Assembly (NCBI RefSeq): GCF_009914755.1
Contig: NC_060928.1
DNA from: the human T2T-CHM13v2.0 reference genome, Homo sapiens
Strand: one strand, 5' to 3'
DNA length: 64,000 nt
The position numbers and the translations under genes were made by a program. Below are positions 31,893-46,164 of this stretch, piece after piece. Positions within the stretch are counted from its first letter, which is position 1. Each line of letters begins with the position of its first letter. The notes under the pieces are model-generated. The model did no database searches and was not told the origin of the DNA. It saw only the letters and a list, made by a program, of their open reading frames with translations.

Positions 31893-32094
31893 TAAGTCTT
31901 CTTTTTAGCCTCTGTTCCTGATACATTGCTGATCTCTACCTCTGGCCATCTCTTGGTACACAAAATGGGCAACAAGATGTACTGCCCAAAGTTGTACACA
32001 GGGCTACTCTCTGAGTTGGGTTTATATTATAGCAGTTGTTCACTTGGCTGGTTCTAAAATTATGCAAATCCTTTGTAAAGTCAAGCTGGTTCAG

Positions 32095-32395
32095 GCTGGG
32101 TGCATTAGCTTACGCCTATAATCCCAGCATCTTGGGAGGCTGAGGCAGGAGGATTGCTTGAGCCCAGGAGTTCAAGACCAGCCTGAGCAATATAGTGGGA
32201 CTCCTGTCTCTGCAAAAAAAAAAAAAAAAAATTTTTTTAATTAGCTGGGCATGCTTACATGCAGCTGTAATCTCAGCTACCCGGAGGCTAAGGAGGGAGG
32301 ATTACTTGAGCCCAGAAGGTTGAGGCTTCAGTGAGCCATAATTATGCCACTACACTCCAGCCTGGGTGACACAGTGAGACCTGTCTCACAACATA
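32095..32395 (+). mobile_element. Alu (AluJ-type) with an expanded middle A-tract
   Basis: ggaggattgcttgagcccagg; A17 linker. Confidence 0.92.
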
Positions 32396-32446
32396 CAAAT
32401 GAAGTTTAAGGATTTCTTCCCTCTTTATCAGGTCATAAAGAATTTT

Positions 32447-32711
32447 CTCTTTTCTTTCTTTTCGAGACAGAGTCTCATCCTGTCGCCCAGGCATGATCTC
32501 GGCTCACTGAAACCTCTGCCTCCCGGGTTCAAGTGATTCTCCTGTCAGCCTCCCACGTAGCTGGGATTACAGGCGTGTGCCACCATGCTCAGTTAATTTT
32601 TGTGTTTCACCATATTAGCCGGGCTGATCTCAAACTCCTGACCTCAGGTGATCCGCCTGCTTTGGCCTCTCCAAGTGCTGGGATTACAGGCGGCAGCCAC
32701 TGTGCCCAACC
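32447..32711 (-). mobile_element. Alu with internal deletions
   Basis: Reverse-complement Alu; 21-bp TSD tatcaggtcataaagaatttt at 32426-32446 and 32712-32732. Confidence 0.92.
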
Positions 32712-33039
32712 TATCAGGTCATAAAGAATTTTTTATAATGCCTCAGGTAATAGTTGAAGAAGGGGCAGCAGTGATGCAGAAGCAGGTACCATGAGAGTCT
32801 GACACATCTGCACATGCAATTTATTTGTGTCTCTTGAACCTACTCAAGTCCATTCTCAAGTATACCATTTCTACTTGATGATGGGTTGCTGCTGCCAATG
32901 CTCCGTTTTAGGCTAGGTAAATCAGATACCCAGATCACATAACGGCTCAAGTCTCATGGTCATTTGATGTTCTGTGGTCAACCATTCTGCTTTTATCAGG
33001 ATTTATTGTCAAGTCAATAGCTGTTTCACAAAAATACAT

Positions 33040-35364
33040 CAGTCAGTTCTGTTTTTAAAATGTGAATTTATTCCAGTGTTAATACATTAGAGAACGATTT
33101 GAGCATAATCCAAAATTTGCATGTGCTTATGTGCAGTTTTGTCCATGAGAAATAGTAGGTGATCATAGAAAATTGCTTCCAGCTGAACCAAGCCACATAA
33201 AACACACACGTTTCCAGTATCCACTGGCTGCCTCTTTTTACCATGTATATTATCCTGTTAGGTGGTGATATGCTATTCTTTGACATTTGTGATCTTTTCT
33301 ATTTGAAAAAAGCACTCATTCAACATCTCAAACCTACCTAAGCATTCTGGTTCAAAAATGCCACACAGTACATGGAGAGGGAATGTTTTGAGTATTAAGG
33401 AGAAGCTTGAAACAAGAAAACATTTGGAAAGATAAAAACATAACGATACATCCCAAGCAACAGATATAAAGGAATCCACATTATGGACCATCAAAGATAA
33501 TGCCACAAAAATAAAAGTGTATGTATGGCTGGACCAGGTTCGAGTGCTGGAAAGTCCATAAGAACAAGGCATAAAGAAACAGAAGAAAAAGAAAGATTGT
33601 CAAATATTTGGATTCAAGACCAAAGGGTGAAAAACTTAAGGAACAACCTTTCTCATACAGATCTTTGTAATTATATACACAGACCTAAAATAGAAGTCAC
33701 TGTACCCTGCATAAGTGGCTCCTTTTAGTGCTAGTAGTGGTTGCTTTAATGATTTCAAACAGTGCTACAGTTTCCTACAAACAATGCTACAGTTTCCTAA
33801 GCCTTTGGCTGTCAGACATAACTATTAGTGTAGATATGAAAGCTGCAAAAGAATTTTTCAGCAGTGATAGGGAAGTAAATTGAAGGCAGCTGTGCATGGT
33901 GTTAAATTCTTGGTTTTGATTAAACAAATATCTGTTATGAACGCATGCCTCGAATAACCCAAATATGAAAGACAGAAAACATGCTCTAGGATTTAAGGCT
34001 CCTAAAGGTAACATAACTGTGATATTTGGCACCAGTGCCAAATGGAGATTTGAAGCTGAAGCCAATAATGTCACTCACCAAACTTTGAGCCTTTTAAAAG
34101 ATATTGTTAACGTCAGCCTTTGAGGTTCATGTCAGGTATAGCAAAAATGTATGGATGGCTGCCCACATTTGCATTTATATTTTTACTTAGTTCTTCTCTG
34201 TTAAAGAGGATGAATGCCCCAAAACATTAAAAAAAAAAAAAAACTTAACTTTAAAAATTCTTACAGTGTATCAAGCTCTCTCTCTACAAAAGCAGAATTC
34301 AACCTATGTCACATTCTTCCTTTTGCCTCCAAAAACCACCTCTCTGATAACAGCCCCTTTTTAAGTGTGTGACAGCAGTGTTTATAGCTTACTATTTAAA
34401 GTGAACATTTTAGATATTAATTGCTGTTATCTAAGGCAGGGTTGCAGAAGTGGTTACAGAATGTTGGAAGAGGTTTAACATTGCAATGTCATTGTTGAAG
34501 CCTGGAGTAATATACCGAGAGTGTTTGTGTTATGTGTGGCAGAAAATTGCCTTTGACTTGATTCTTTATTTTGAAGAATTTGATACTTCAGAGAAATTTT
34601 AAAAGTTTAAAACAAGCTATATTGATCTAAGAAAAACAGTTTGGACTCGGAGCAGTCAAAAATGAGGATATTGAGAAGTTTCTAGGGTCCTGTCCTGATG
34701 ATCTAACCACAGAAAACATTCAGCAACTTGCTGCTTATGGCTGTATGGATGCAGAAGATGTCGATGACAGTGATAATGAAAGTCAGAAGTCTGTGTATGC
34801 CATGACAGTGTAATACAAATGATCAGATGTTTTAAATGCTGTGAAAATAATTGGACTGCCTTGAAGATAATGGCTTTACTGCTGAAGATATTAGGATAGT
34901 CTTGTGTGGCATCCGGATGAATTTGGAACCGTACAGGCAGCTTTAGTGTAAAAGGAGGAGGCTGGCAACACCACAGAAATTTTATTTATTCTTTATATTT
35001 TAAGTTAGTACAGCAGACATAACACAAGGACAGTGAGCTACAACCTTCTGTATCTGGTGTTAAAAATTTCCATTCATTTTCAGATAACCTGTTTTTTGCC
35101 ACTTTACAATAACTCGTAAGCTGTAACTCTTCCAATGTCCACAAGCAAACTTCAGCTCATATTTATTGTAGTATTTAGGTATTAACTATTTAATGTGTGT
35201 AAAATTGTATCATTTTTATTAGATTGCCTTCTCTTTTTATATGTCACTGATGAAGTTTTTGACATTGTATCTCTAACAGTTTTTCTCCTAAAGGCTGCAA
35301 TTTTTAACAATTTTGCATAATGCAGTAATTTTTGGAAATATATGTGTCACAGCAAAACTGACTG
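33040..35364 (+). mobile_element. Near full-length Tigger (TcMar, Tigger17-like) with decayed transposase
   Basis: TIRs cagtcagttctg / caaaactgactg; remnants LSNIWIQDQR (CENP-B-type HTH) and LGFKAPKGNITVIFGTSA (DDE_1 KxRxTV..G.NA.G region). Confidence 0.8.
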
Positions 35365-35580
35365 TGGTCAGTAGAAGAGGACATGATGACCTTTCTTTAA
35401 AACTCTCTGCAACGATTTTCCCACTGGGGCTTGCCAAAGACTTCGTACAACATCCTTACCTGCAACAGATTGTTGGAGAATCATTGCATCTGCTGGTCAC
35501 GAAACCCAAGTGGCGGAGTACCTTGTATTGCACTCTGGACCTGGTACAGAGCCGTCTCTTAACCTGGGCCCCATTCATAA

Positions 35581-35891
<311 letters not shown>

Positions 35892-36989
35892 ATAACTGAC
35901 AATCTTAAGAGGTATTTTATAAAATGAATCAAGCAGTACACACCCTAATGAAGTATATCTTGCCTCCAGTGTGCAGTGAGCTCCCAATGTCCAGTCTAAA
36001 GAGGCAGATAGGTGCGGCCTTTCTTTTTTCTTAAGAGTGGAGTTTGCAACATGCTCCAGACTACACTCCCACAAAAGTGGTGGGCCTCAGAGTGAGGATG
36101 GTTATTCCTTCACCCTGATATGTGGCATGTACGTATCTGACCAGTACCATTGAAAATACCCACTACCTGTATCAAGTCCAGTCAACATGATGTCAGTATA
36201 GTGGATCAAGTGATACTCTCTAGACTGTGCAAAACCATCTAAGTCCATGAGTACTGTATTATTTGAGAGAGCCAGGAAAGTTACTCTAACTCTGAAGACT
36301 GAAGGTATATCATTAAACCTGCCAAGATAAAAACGGATTGCTTCTGTTTGATCTAATTGGGAAAGGGGAAAAAGCAAGTACTTGATTGATAACTGCATAG
36401 CCATATTGATTTGCTCCAGCAAAAATACCACATCCTGTAAAGCAGCTGCAGCTGGAGTTTGATTGTTTATGATACTCTTAAATACTTGCAAGACTCATCT
36501 ACTTTTTGTATAGGTCAAGGAGGCATCTTACATTGGGATGGGATGGTGGTGTCAATATCTGCAGTTCCTTTAGGACTGTAGTAATTGCTTATTGTTGTTT
36601 TGATTGAGAGGGACAATTCTAGGGACTTGGATTTGGTGTTTCCTATAATAGTAGCCCATACATCATGGGTCAGGGAACTGATATAGTATGGGATTTCTGC
36701 CAGTGCCAAATATGTCTGTTCCAACTATGATTCTGGAGATGGAAAAATAAGCACTGGGTCGAATCATATCCCTTGGGCCCACTGAGACAGATACAGTCCC
36801 AAATTTTATCAGCTAGCTTTTGTAAAGTGTCTGTGTAACAACCTGGACCACATGAGTATATTCAGTCACCAGGGATTAGCAGAGCTGGCATAAGTGTGGG
36901 ACCCAAGAGCAAACAACACATGATAGGCACACCATCTACTAAATATTTGATTCCGAAGAGCTGTTTACTGTTTTCCAGATATTTTATGT

Positions 36990-37800
36990 ATTTTTTTATT
37001 GAGGTGAAATTCACATAGCATAAAATTAACCATTTTAGAGTGAACTATTTAATGCTATTTAGTACATTCACAGTGTTGTATACCATCATTCCTGTCTAGT
37101 TCCAAACGCTGTCATCACCTCGTAATAGCATGCTATACCCATTAAGCAGTTTCTCCCCATTCCCTCCTCCCCCTAACCCCTGGCAACCGCCAATCTGCCT
37201 TCAGTCTCTGGATTTACCTATTCTGAACATTTCATTTAGGTGGAATTATATAATATGTAACCTTTTATGTCTAGCCTCTTATTTTTTAATTTCAGAAAAA
37301 TGTGTTTTATTTGTTTTTTCTTTTTTCAACTTTATGTTAGAATTGGGGTACATGTGCAAGTTTGTTACAAACGTATATTGCGTGATGCTGAAGTTTGAAG
37401 TATGAATGAATCTGTCACCCAGATAGTAAGGATAGTACTCCATAGGTAGTTTTCCTTAACTCTTCCCCCACATCCTCCCTCCGCCTTCTTGTGTTCCCCA
37501 GTGTCTGTTGTTCTCATTTTTATGAACACGTGTACCCAATGTTTAGCTCCCATTTATAAGTGGGAAATGTGGTATTTGATTTTTCTGATTCCACATTAGC
37601 TTGCTTAGGAAATGGTTTCCAGCTACATCTGTGTTGCTGCGAAGAACATGATTTTGTTCTTTTTTATTAGCCTCTTACATAGCATAATGCTTTCAGATAT
37701 ACTACAATGTTCATTCATGTTGTGGTGTGTATCAGTACTTCATTCTTTTTTATGACTTAGTGATATTCCATTTTATGTGTTTACCACAATTTGTCCATGA
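36990..37800 (-). mobile_element. L1MB-type 3' end with a younger L1PB/MA 3' end nested at about 37320-37665
   Basis: Two distinct L1 3' termini: ttttattgaggtgaaattcacatagc and caactttatgttagaattggggtacatgtgcaagtttgttac. Confidence 0.75.
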
Positions 37801-39129
37801 CGCACATTTGATATATTAACAAATGAACAACTGAAGTTTAGTTTTCACTTATGTAGTGAAAAAGCAGTGGTCTAGAGTTAGATACTTGGATCTGTTCCCT
37901 CCTCAGCTGGTTGTTGTCCATCTGTGAGCTTTAAAATACTGTTCTTGGAATTTCAGTGTGCCTGGGCTGTAAAGGTGGCAGTATGAATTTTGAAGATTTT
38001 GAAATGTTTTCTCCAGATGGGTTTCACCAGTATGTCTTATTATTCCCCTGCTCAAAATCCTGTTGCTTCTTAAAAAAGACTAACCTTAGGCTTTATACCA
38101 TGTTAGCTCTGGTTTAATTCTTCATCCTTGTAACCTATTAACATTCTCTGCATTTGAGCCCAAGTAGACCACTTAGTATTATGAAACACATGCAATTTTC
38201 TTCTTTAGTCCAGATATCCATAGCATTTTATTGGTCTCTGTTTTATGAAATTTTATTTTACTCCATTGTGCAGAGGAGGTATCAGAATTTAGTTATTTCT
38301 ATCTAAGGTACTGAAAGAGAAAAATAGCAATTCAGTTGTTGGATAATAAAGGAGGTTGAAGAAGAAGATTGTATTTTTCTCCATCTTGTGTGTATAGCAT
38401 GTGGTGCAGTTCTAAGCAGAGTAGAAAAATGCTTTTTGATTGACTAAAATTTTTCCTATGCATGAACACAAGGAGTCTTTTCTTTTTGCTTAAATGTGGA
38501 CTTTAACCAGTTTCTTCAAGTGAAGTTAAGTGACAGAGAAGAAGGAAAAGTGAGACTATGTATAGCCACAATTCTCATATTAATTAATCTGTTCGGTTTA
38601 TACATTATTTAGTTCCACTTAAATTCCTTTTATCATTGTTTCAGTTTTATGTTGTGACTGAACAATTAATATTTAAGCCATTCTGTGAATCAAGAGTGAA
38701 GTAAAAGTAAACTCTTCTCAGAATTTGAAATTTATAGGTGGATATATAATAGTGAACATAGATGAGATATTTGTATCCTTTTAAAATTTACCGTTGTCTT
38801 GGAGAAGGCATCAGTATACTTGAATTATATTGAGTTAATTTGAGGATCATTCTAGTTTTTTAGGAGATTTATCTCATTTTAAGCACTGAGAATAAAGTTT
38901 GAGTTACCGGATATGCAATCAGGGTCTTTCAGTGATCTTAAGTCAGCAATATTTTTCATCCTTAAAGACATAAATATGTCAATGTTCACAGAAACAAAAA
39001 GAAACAGTTTGGATTCTTCTGACTGATGATGATAATTTTCAGATCAAGTCAAAATACAATGATAATTGCCTTAAGACCATTGTTATTGATATCTCTTAAA
39101 TTGTTTTCTTTTTTTTTTCTCCCCATTAG

Positions 39130-39246
<117 letters not shown>

Positions 39247-40227
39247 TGAAAATTTAATCAGTGTGTACTAAGTGTTTTTATTATAAAATAGTGTTAAGAG
39301 TTCAACCACATAAAAGCTTAGGGTGAGTTTTGTATTCTTCTAATTAAATGTTCTCCTTTTATCAATGTTATAAAGTATTTTCATACTGTTTATTTATGTT
39401 GTTTATTTACCTTGTTTACTATAGTATCTATACTGTATCCCTAAGTCATTAAAAAATAACCGTAATAAAAATTGTGAACTCATTTATAACATGTAAGTCA
39501 TCTAGAAAGTCATCTGTAACCCTGCCCCCATCAAGTAACTGCTTAGTTTTTTTCATGTTCTCATTCTTGAAATTTCTTACAAGAATTTAAAAAGTATTCC
39601 ATTTCAGTATCTTAATATTTTATAAGCTTTCTACTACTTCCCAGATAGTGAGAATGTTTTCAGAGTCATTAAAAAAAAAGACTCATGCCACGCATCCTGT
39701 TGCTAAAAGGCCCTCTGTTTAATCCCATGATCATATATAGAAGCACATATTTGTTTAGCATTTAGAGTACATTTACACTTGCACTGATTTATTTGAGTAT
39801 ATATGTTCAGATAGTACATCTACTAAATTCTGATGAGCTGAATGCAAAATCTTGTTGCAATATTGGTTCTTTACCTTTGTTGAAACTACGTTTTGAAGTT
39901 AGCAGTTTGTAAAAGCCTAGCTGCATATTGAAATTTCATTTTTAATTGAGAAAACATTTCTTGATCCTCTAGTGTTCACAGTACTTCATAGTGAGCATTA
40001 GAAATGCAAAAAAATGTCAAGTTTTCTTTCCTTTGAAGACTATTGTGTATTTGTGGAGGTGAAATTACACAGAAAGCATTTGTAAAGCAGTGTAAAAACA
40101 AGTGCAAAATAATCAGATGTGAATTCTCTGTTTTCAGGTGATTAACTTATTTTTAAAAGAGCATAGACGTTTTCTGCAAGTTGCTAATTTGAGATTTTTA
40201 ACAAAAAGATAAATGACTTATTTCTAG

Positions 40228-40326
<99 letters not shown>

Positions 40327-41289
40327 TAGAAAATACATACTTCTCATTATAGTCTGTATTTTAGTATATAAGAAAATGGTATATAAGAAAAGCTATTAGC
40401 TGTTAATCAGAGGGTGGGATTGCAAAAGATGTTGAAAGTAATGATGTAAAAACATTCTTTAACAACCAGTTTTTAAATGTTTTGACCTGCCTGTTCTTTA
40501 TCATAGTGTAAAACAAAACAATAAATATCTTTTTCTATTTGTTCAGTCTTTCTTAATAGTTAAGGCTACTTTTAAATTGCCATGTTTTATTGAGTGTAAA
40601 ATAACCTTTTTAACAACTGTCAGGATGGATCTTGTGATTGGTGATATCATGTCATTACTGTAATGTAGATGTCTTAGCCTATACTTGCACAGATATCAAA
40701 AGCACTAGCATCAAAAACTTAAGGGTATCATAGGCATGAACACATTTTGGAACACTCTTAATTCTAGGAACCAAATGATAGAGGAGAGGTGGTAAGGAAG
40801 AGTTGAGTCATACATGTTTAGTAACATACCTAAGGAAGAATCAAGTAGACTAGCTCTTCATAATTGCAAACCCAGCATGGTAGCTTTTGGTGTTTTGGTT
40901 TGGGTTTTTTTGTTTGTTTGTTTTTAATAAATTGTTTTAAAAGGCTATACTACCAATACTGTTGATGGCACAGAAAATGATATTCTGTGGCAAAAAGAAA
41001 GCCACCAAATATGAGTTTGAAAAATGAGTCAGAAGAGCCATGTTATGAATGTGAAAACATTTGAGGAATACTTTAGCCAATTCATTTTGCTTATTTTTTA
41101 TAAATGCACAAAAATAAAGGTATGATAATCTGTGTAAGTCTAATAGCTTTCTGAGTAAGTAAAAATTTCTGAATAAAGTATTGTATTATAGATTGGTGCA
41201 TGTTTTCTCACTGGTACATAAAATAATGGTGTTACCTTCATTCACAGGCATCTTAGAATTCTGTAAACTGATAATCAGTGATAAAGTAG

Positions 41290-41625
<336 letters not shown>

Positions 41626-42060
41626 TATTTGAATAATTTTTTAAGTAACGATGCAACTTAGAATATTGAAGATAGTATTGGAAAATTATGGATAGTTGAA
41701 ACATACACACTTTTTATTAGTAAGCTTTATAGTAGTGTAAGCATCATTCTGCTATATTCTTCAGTGTTGGCATAGTTGAGTGGGGCTGCTAGGAATATCT
41801 GAGACATCATACAGATACGCAGCTGCCATTTGTGTTCTCAGGACCTTTGTTAGAAAACAGAGATTTATATTTAATTCATTTTAAAAACAAGTTATCACCT
41901 GCTTTTGAAACAATTGTTTAACTTCAAATTCTACTTAAGTATTTTTAAAGTGTATCAAATTTAACAATAAATTGTCGTTGAATTCTTCTGTATTCAATAG
42001 GAATAGGTAAATGTTTTAAGTTTTTATTTGAAGTCTATCTTTATATTTATGTATTTCTAA

Positions 42061-42546
<486 letters not shown>

Positions 42547-42703
42547 TAGTCAAGTTGTCTTCAGCCCAGGTAAGCATAGATGGGTGGCCTTATCCTGTGT
42601 AAAGTCAAACATTACTTTCATTGTAAGCCAATAGTATTTCAAATAGTGTCATATGACCTAATTTTGAATGAATTAAGGGGTGATTTTCCTGAAAAAACCC
42701 AAG

Positions 42704-42746
42704 CTGATTGGCTGGGAATACTGTCACTCATTCCTTTGCATAGAAA
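42704..42746 (+). promoter_or_regulatory. Putative internal promoter core for the short isoform: inverted CCAAT/NF-Y box, CTGTCA and a TATA-like element
   Basis: CTGATTGGCT at 42704-42713 (reverse complement AGCCAATCAG); CTGTCA at 42721-42726; CATAGAAA at 42739-42746, about 30 nt before the inferred start; a second CCAAT at 42628-42632. Motif matches only. Confidence 0.5.
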
Positions 42747-42769
42747 CTTCGTTCATTTCACTGCAGAAG

Positions 42770-43147
42770 AAGAAATTAGAGCTTACATTTAGGAAGGAGT
42801 TGTTTGCTAGCCTGTTCTGATCTGTTACTGCTGAGACACCATGCAGAAAGCAAGAATGTGGCAGAAATTTTACTACAACTACTTGAAGAGCAATAGCAAC
42901 GGCCAGGGGAGCTCCATGATTCAAAATGCCAGCCTAAGTGTTTTATGCTTCACCACAAAAGAAGCAATTGTTTATTTTCTTTTTTTCTTCTAAAAGTAAC
43001 AGCTCAGTCTCTAACATGTTTTTGTTGGTTAAGCAACGTGGCCATTTTATGGAGTGTAGCAGGCTGCAGCGTTTTTAATTGGAAAGATAGAAAAATTTCT
43101 GGAAGCCTATAATTCAAGCGTTAGGTGAAGGGAAGGCATAAGCACTG
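42770..43147 (+). other. SMARCAD1: Alternative first exon of the skin-specific short SMARCAD1 isoform (5' end approximate)
   Basis: Consensus donor CTG|GTAAGT; the intronic G at 43148 is 665 nt after exon 9. Its +1G, +2T, +3A and +5G match the bases I recall as mutated in adermatoglyphia/Basan/Huriez (c.378+1/+2/+3/+5). Splicing to exon 10 puts ATG 54204 nine nt after the junction, and an in-frame TAA lies at 43139-43141. The start is inferred only from the recalled 378-nt length. Confidence 0.85.
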
Positions 43148-45829
43148 GTAAGTACACTTTGCATGATCATTTTCTGGAATTTGACTTTCTATAAACAGGT
43201 TGTATACAGAATACCTGCATTTTGAGTTTTATGAATGCCAACAGTCATCAAATCTTATTCATACAGATAAATATAAGAACTCTTAAATTTTGCTTCAACC
43301 CTTACGTGGGCTTTTATAGCAGGAATTGTATATAGGCCTGTTGTAAAAGCAATATGGATGATTTTTTACAGCTTTAAAAGATGCAGCGACTCTTGATGCT
43401 TTATAAAATTTTTTAGGAAGTTTTATTCCCTAAGTTAGGGAGCAAAGTTGCTTTTGTGGTTAATTTTATACTTGAAACAAATCTAAATGAGCATTAAATG
43501 CCCTGATAAGTGTCTTGAAGTGGCAATAGGGGAGAGTCCCTGAACAATGGTTGTAAATACATTTTTTTAATTAAAATATTTGAAAAATACAGAAACAACA
43601 TTAATAATATTCCATAGCTTTAAAAAATAATAATAAAACCATTTGTTTTGCCTGAAGCCTTTGCTTTTCCAGAGAACATCTGTCAAAGCAGGCCCTTTCA
43701 AAACTTGTTTGGCTTTGCCTGAGTGATTTATTTGTTAAAGTATTTGCTGAAGGGCTTTCTTGTTCTTCTTTTCTTCCTTTTCTTCTTTCTTTTAATCTTT
43801 AATGGTCTCTTATGTTGTTGCAGAGTTGGGTTGCTCAGGCTTGTTGAGATTCTAATTTATTTAATAAGATATGCAATTATCTGCACTAGTTTGTTTAGTT
43901 GCTGTAAATACTTGCCCGAATATCTTATAGTAAAAGTAAATTATACAATTTTACCAGAGGTATATGTGCCAGATGTTTTTAAAAAATATTCAGCAACTTA
44001 ACATGTAGAAAGCATATTTCCCCTACTAATTAATCAGCAGAGTTTAAATTAGTCTTGACATGAATTTGGAGATTATGCATTACTTACTTAAACCTCCTAA
44101 CATCTTGCCCCTTTCTAAAAGTTGAACATAAAGACTATATTGTTTGTTCTAACCATCCATCCAAATGTGAAATATTTTATGTAACAGTCTAAATGTATCT
44201 GAAAAGTAAACTTTCTACTTGAGTTCAGTGAAGACAGCAAAGTAGGTGAATGAGCTTTTTCAAATTAATAGTGTAAATTAGCAAGTAAATACAGATATGC
44301 TTTAAATTTTAATTTGCTTAGAACTTTGAGCTCCTACTTTAAAAACCTTTAGAATTTTAAATGTGATTTATTTATAGAGTACTTTTTTAGCCCAAACCCT
44401 ACCCTAGAGCAGATTTAATATCTTAATAAAATTATCAAAAGTCAATATTATGCATATTTTTTAGTTAAAAGCTATATAATTTGCTTTTTCCCTGTTAATC
44501 AGTGAGGTTTGATAATGTACCTCTAAACAACTTCAAAAGGAAACAAAAGCCAAAAAAATTGTTTTGTGTTGATAGCTGCCATATTTAGAAATTTCCTTGA
44601 GAATTAGTTGAGGTTTTAATCATATTGCTCAGTCATATTTTAATGAAAATTACAAGGTATTAAATATATTAAGAACAACCTGCTAACAAATAGTCTGCTC
44701 TTTCTTGAAATCATTGTTTAATCTTACTTAGTCTTAAGAATTGGGGAATTTCTATTTACAAACTGTAAAGTTCATAAATATTTCATTAAAAAATGCATAC
44801 TTGAGCCCGTGAATAAAGTACATATATACAATAGTAATTTTTGTTAAAAGTGAGGTTTCTTTAACGTTGGTGATTATTAAATGATTAAATGTAATCATTA
44901 GTATTTCATTGTCTTATTATAAAAGTAATTTGAATGTGAAAATTATATTGTGCCTTTTAAAACAACATTTGAAAAGTTGTAGATCATTGGGTTGTTTTCA
45001 AGGTAGTAGACATATAAATGTAATATAAGTGTAGTAGATATATATAAAATGTAAGTATAATATACTTATTAATATTACCTACTTGGTAATCTAATTTCAG
45101 TAAGTTTAGAGGTTACTACCTTTCTATACTACTATGACTTATTTGTCAGATAATTATGCTTTTTGAAACTAAAATACTCAAGATTTTAGTCACCCTCATT
45201 TTACATGAGGAAAATTTGATTTTTGATTTTTTTTAAAGTATATTACCTAAAAGGATATTTATGCTTCAGCTTTATAATCATTTATTAGTCAAAATTTAAA
45301 TATTGTTTTTAAATTTTTCTTCATAATTTTTTCCATTTTACTTACAGTTTTTCTGCATAATAGCAGTAATGTAGGTGCCTATCGTGAGAAAACCTCATCA
45401 TTAAATCAAGTAGGGTTCAGAAATACAGCAAGCCAAAAATGTCATTAGTTTAAAAACTTGTACTGTTATTGTGGTAAAAATTGGAATTTTTATTGCCAAA
45501 TTTCACACATTTGATGGCATCAGTTCACCATCCACTTACTGGATTTTTGTCTAGCCTTGCACACAGTAGGGAGGGGATATTATTATGTCTGTGAAAAATA
45601 CTACTCTGTTGCATCTTTATATGTTAATCAGAGTAGTAATGTTTTTATGCTGACCAATGCGACATGCATCAGTAACTCAACCTGGAAACTTTCATATATG
45701 CATCTACTTTGTTAACATTTAGATCAGTGTAGATCCAGTTTTCCTTGGCTGATAACCAAGCAACTCAGGTTTAGTCCATGTCACACACTGTGCTCCTCAT
45801 TATGTTACTCTCATCTACTAGACTGTGGA

Positions 45830-46164
<335 letters not shown>

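Noticed and set aside
33273-34074. ORFs over the Tigger transposase (possible domesticated TIGD-like gene)
   Set aside because: Many stops and frameshifts; no long open frame.
36102-36491. 129-aa reverse-transcriptase-like ORF
   Set aside because: Frameshifted ERVL pol fossil with a decayed catalytic motif; not a functional RT or a new retroelement system.
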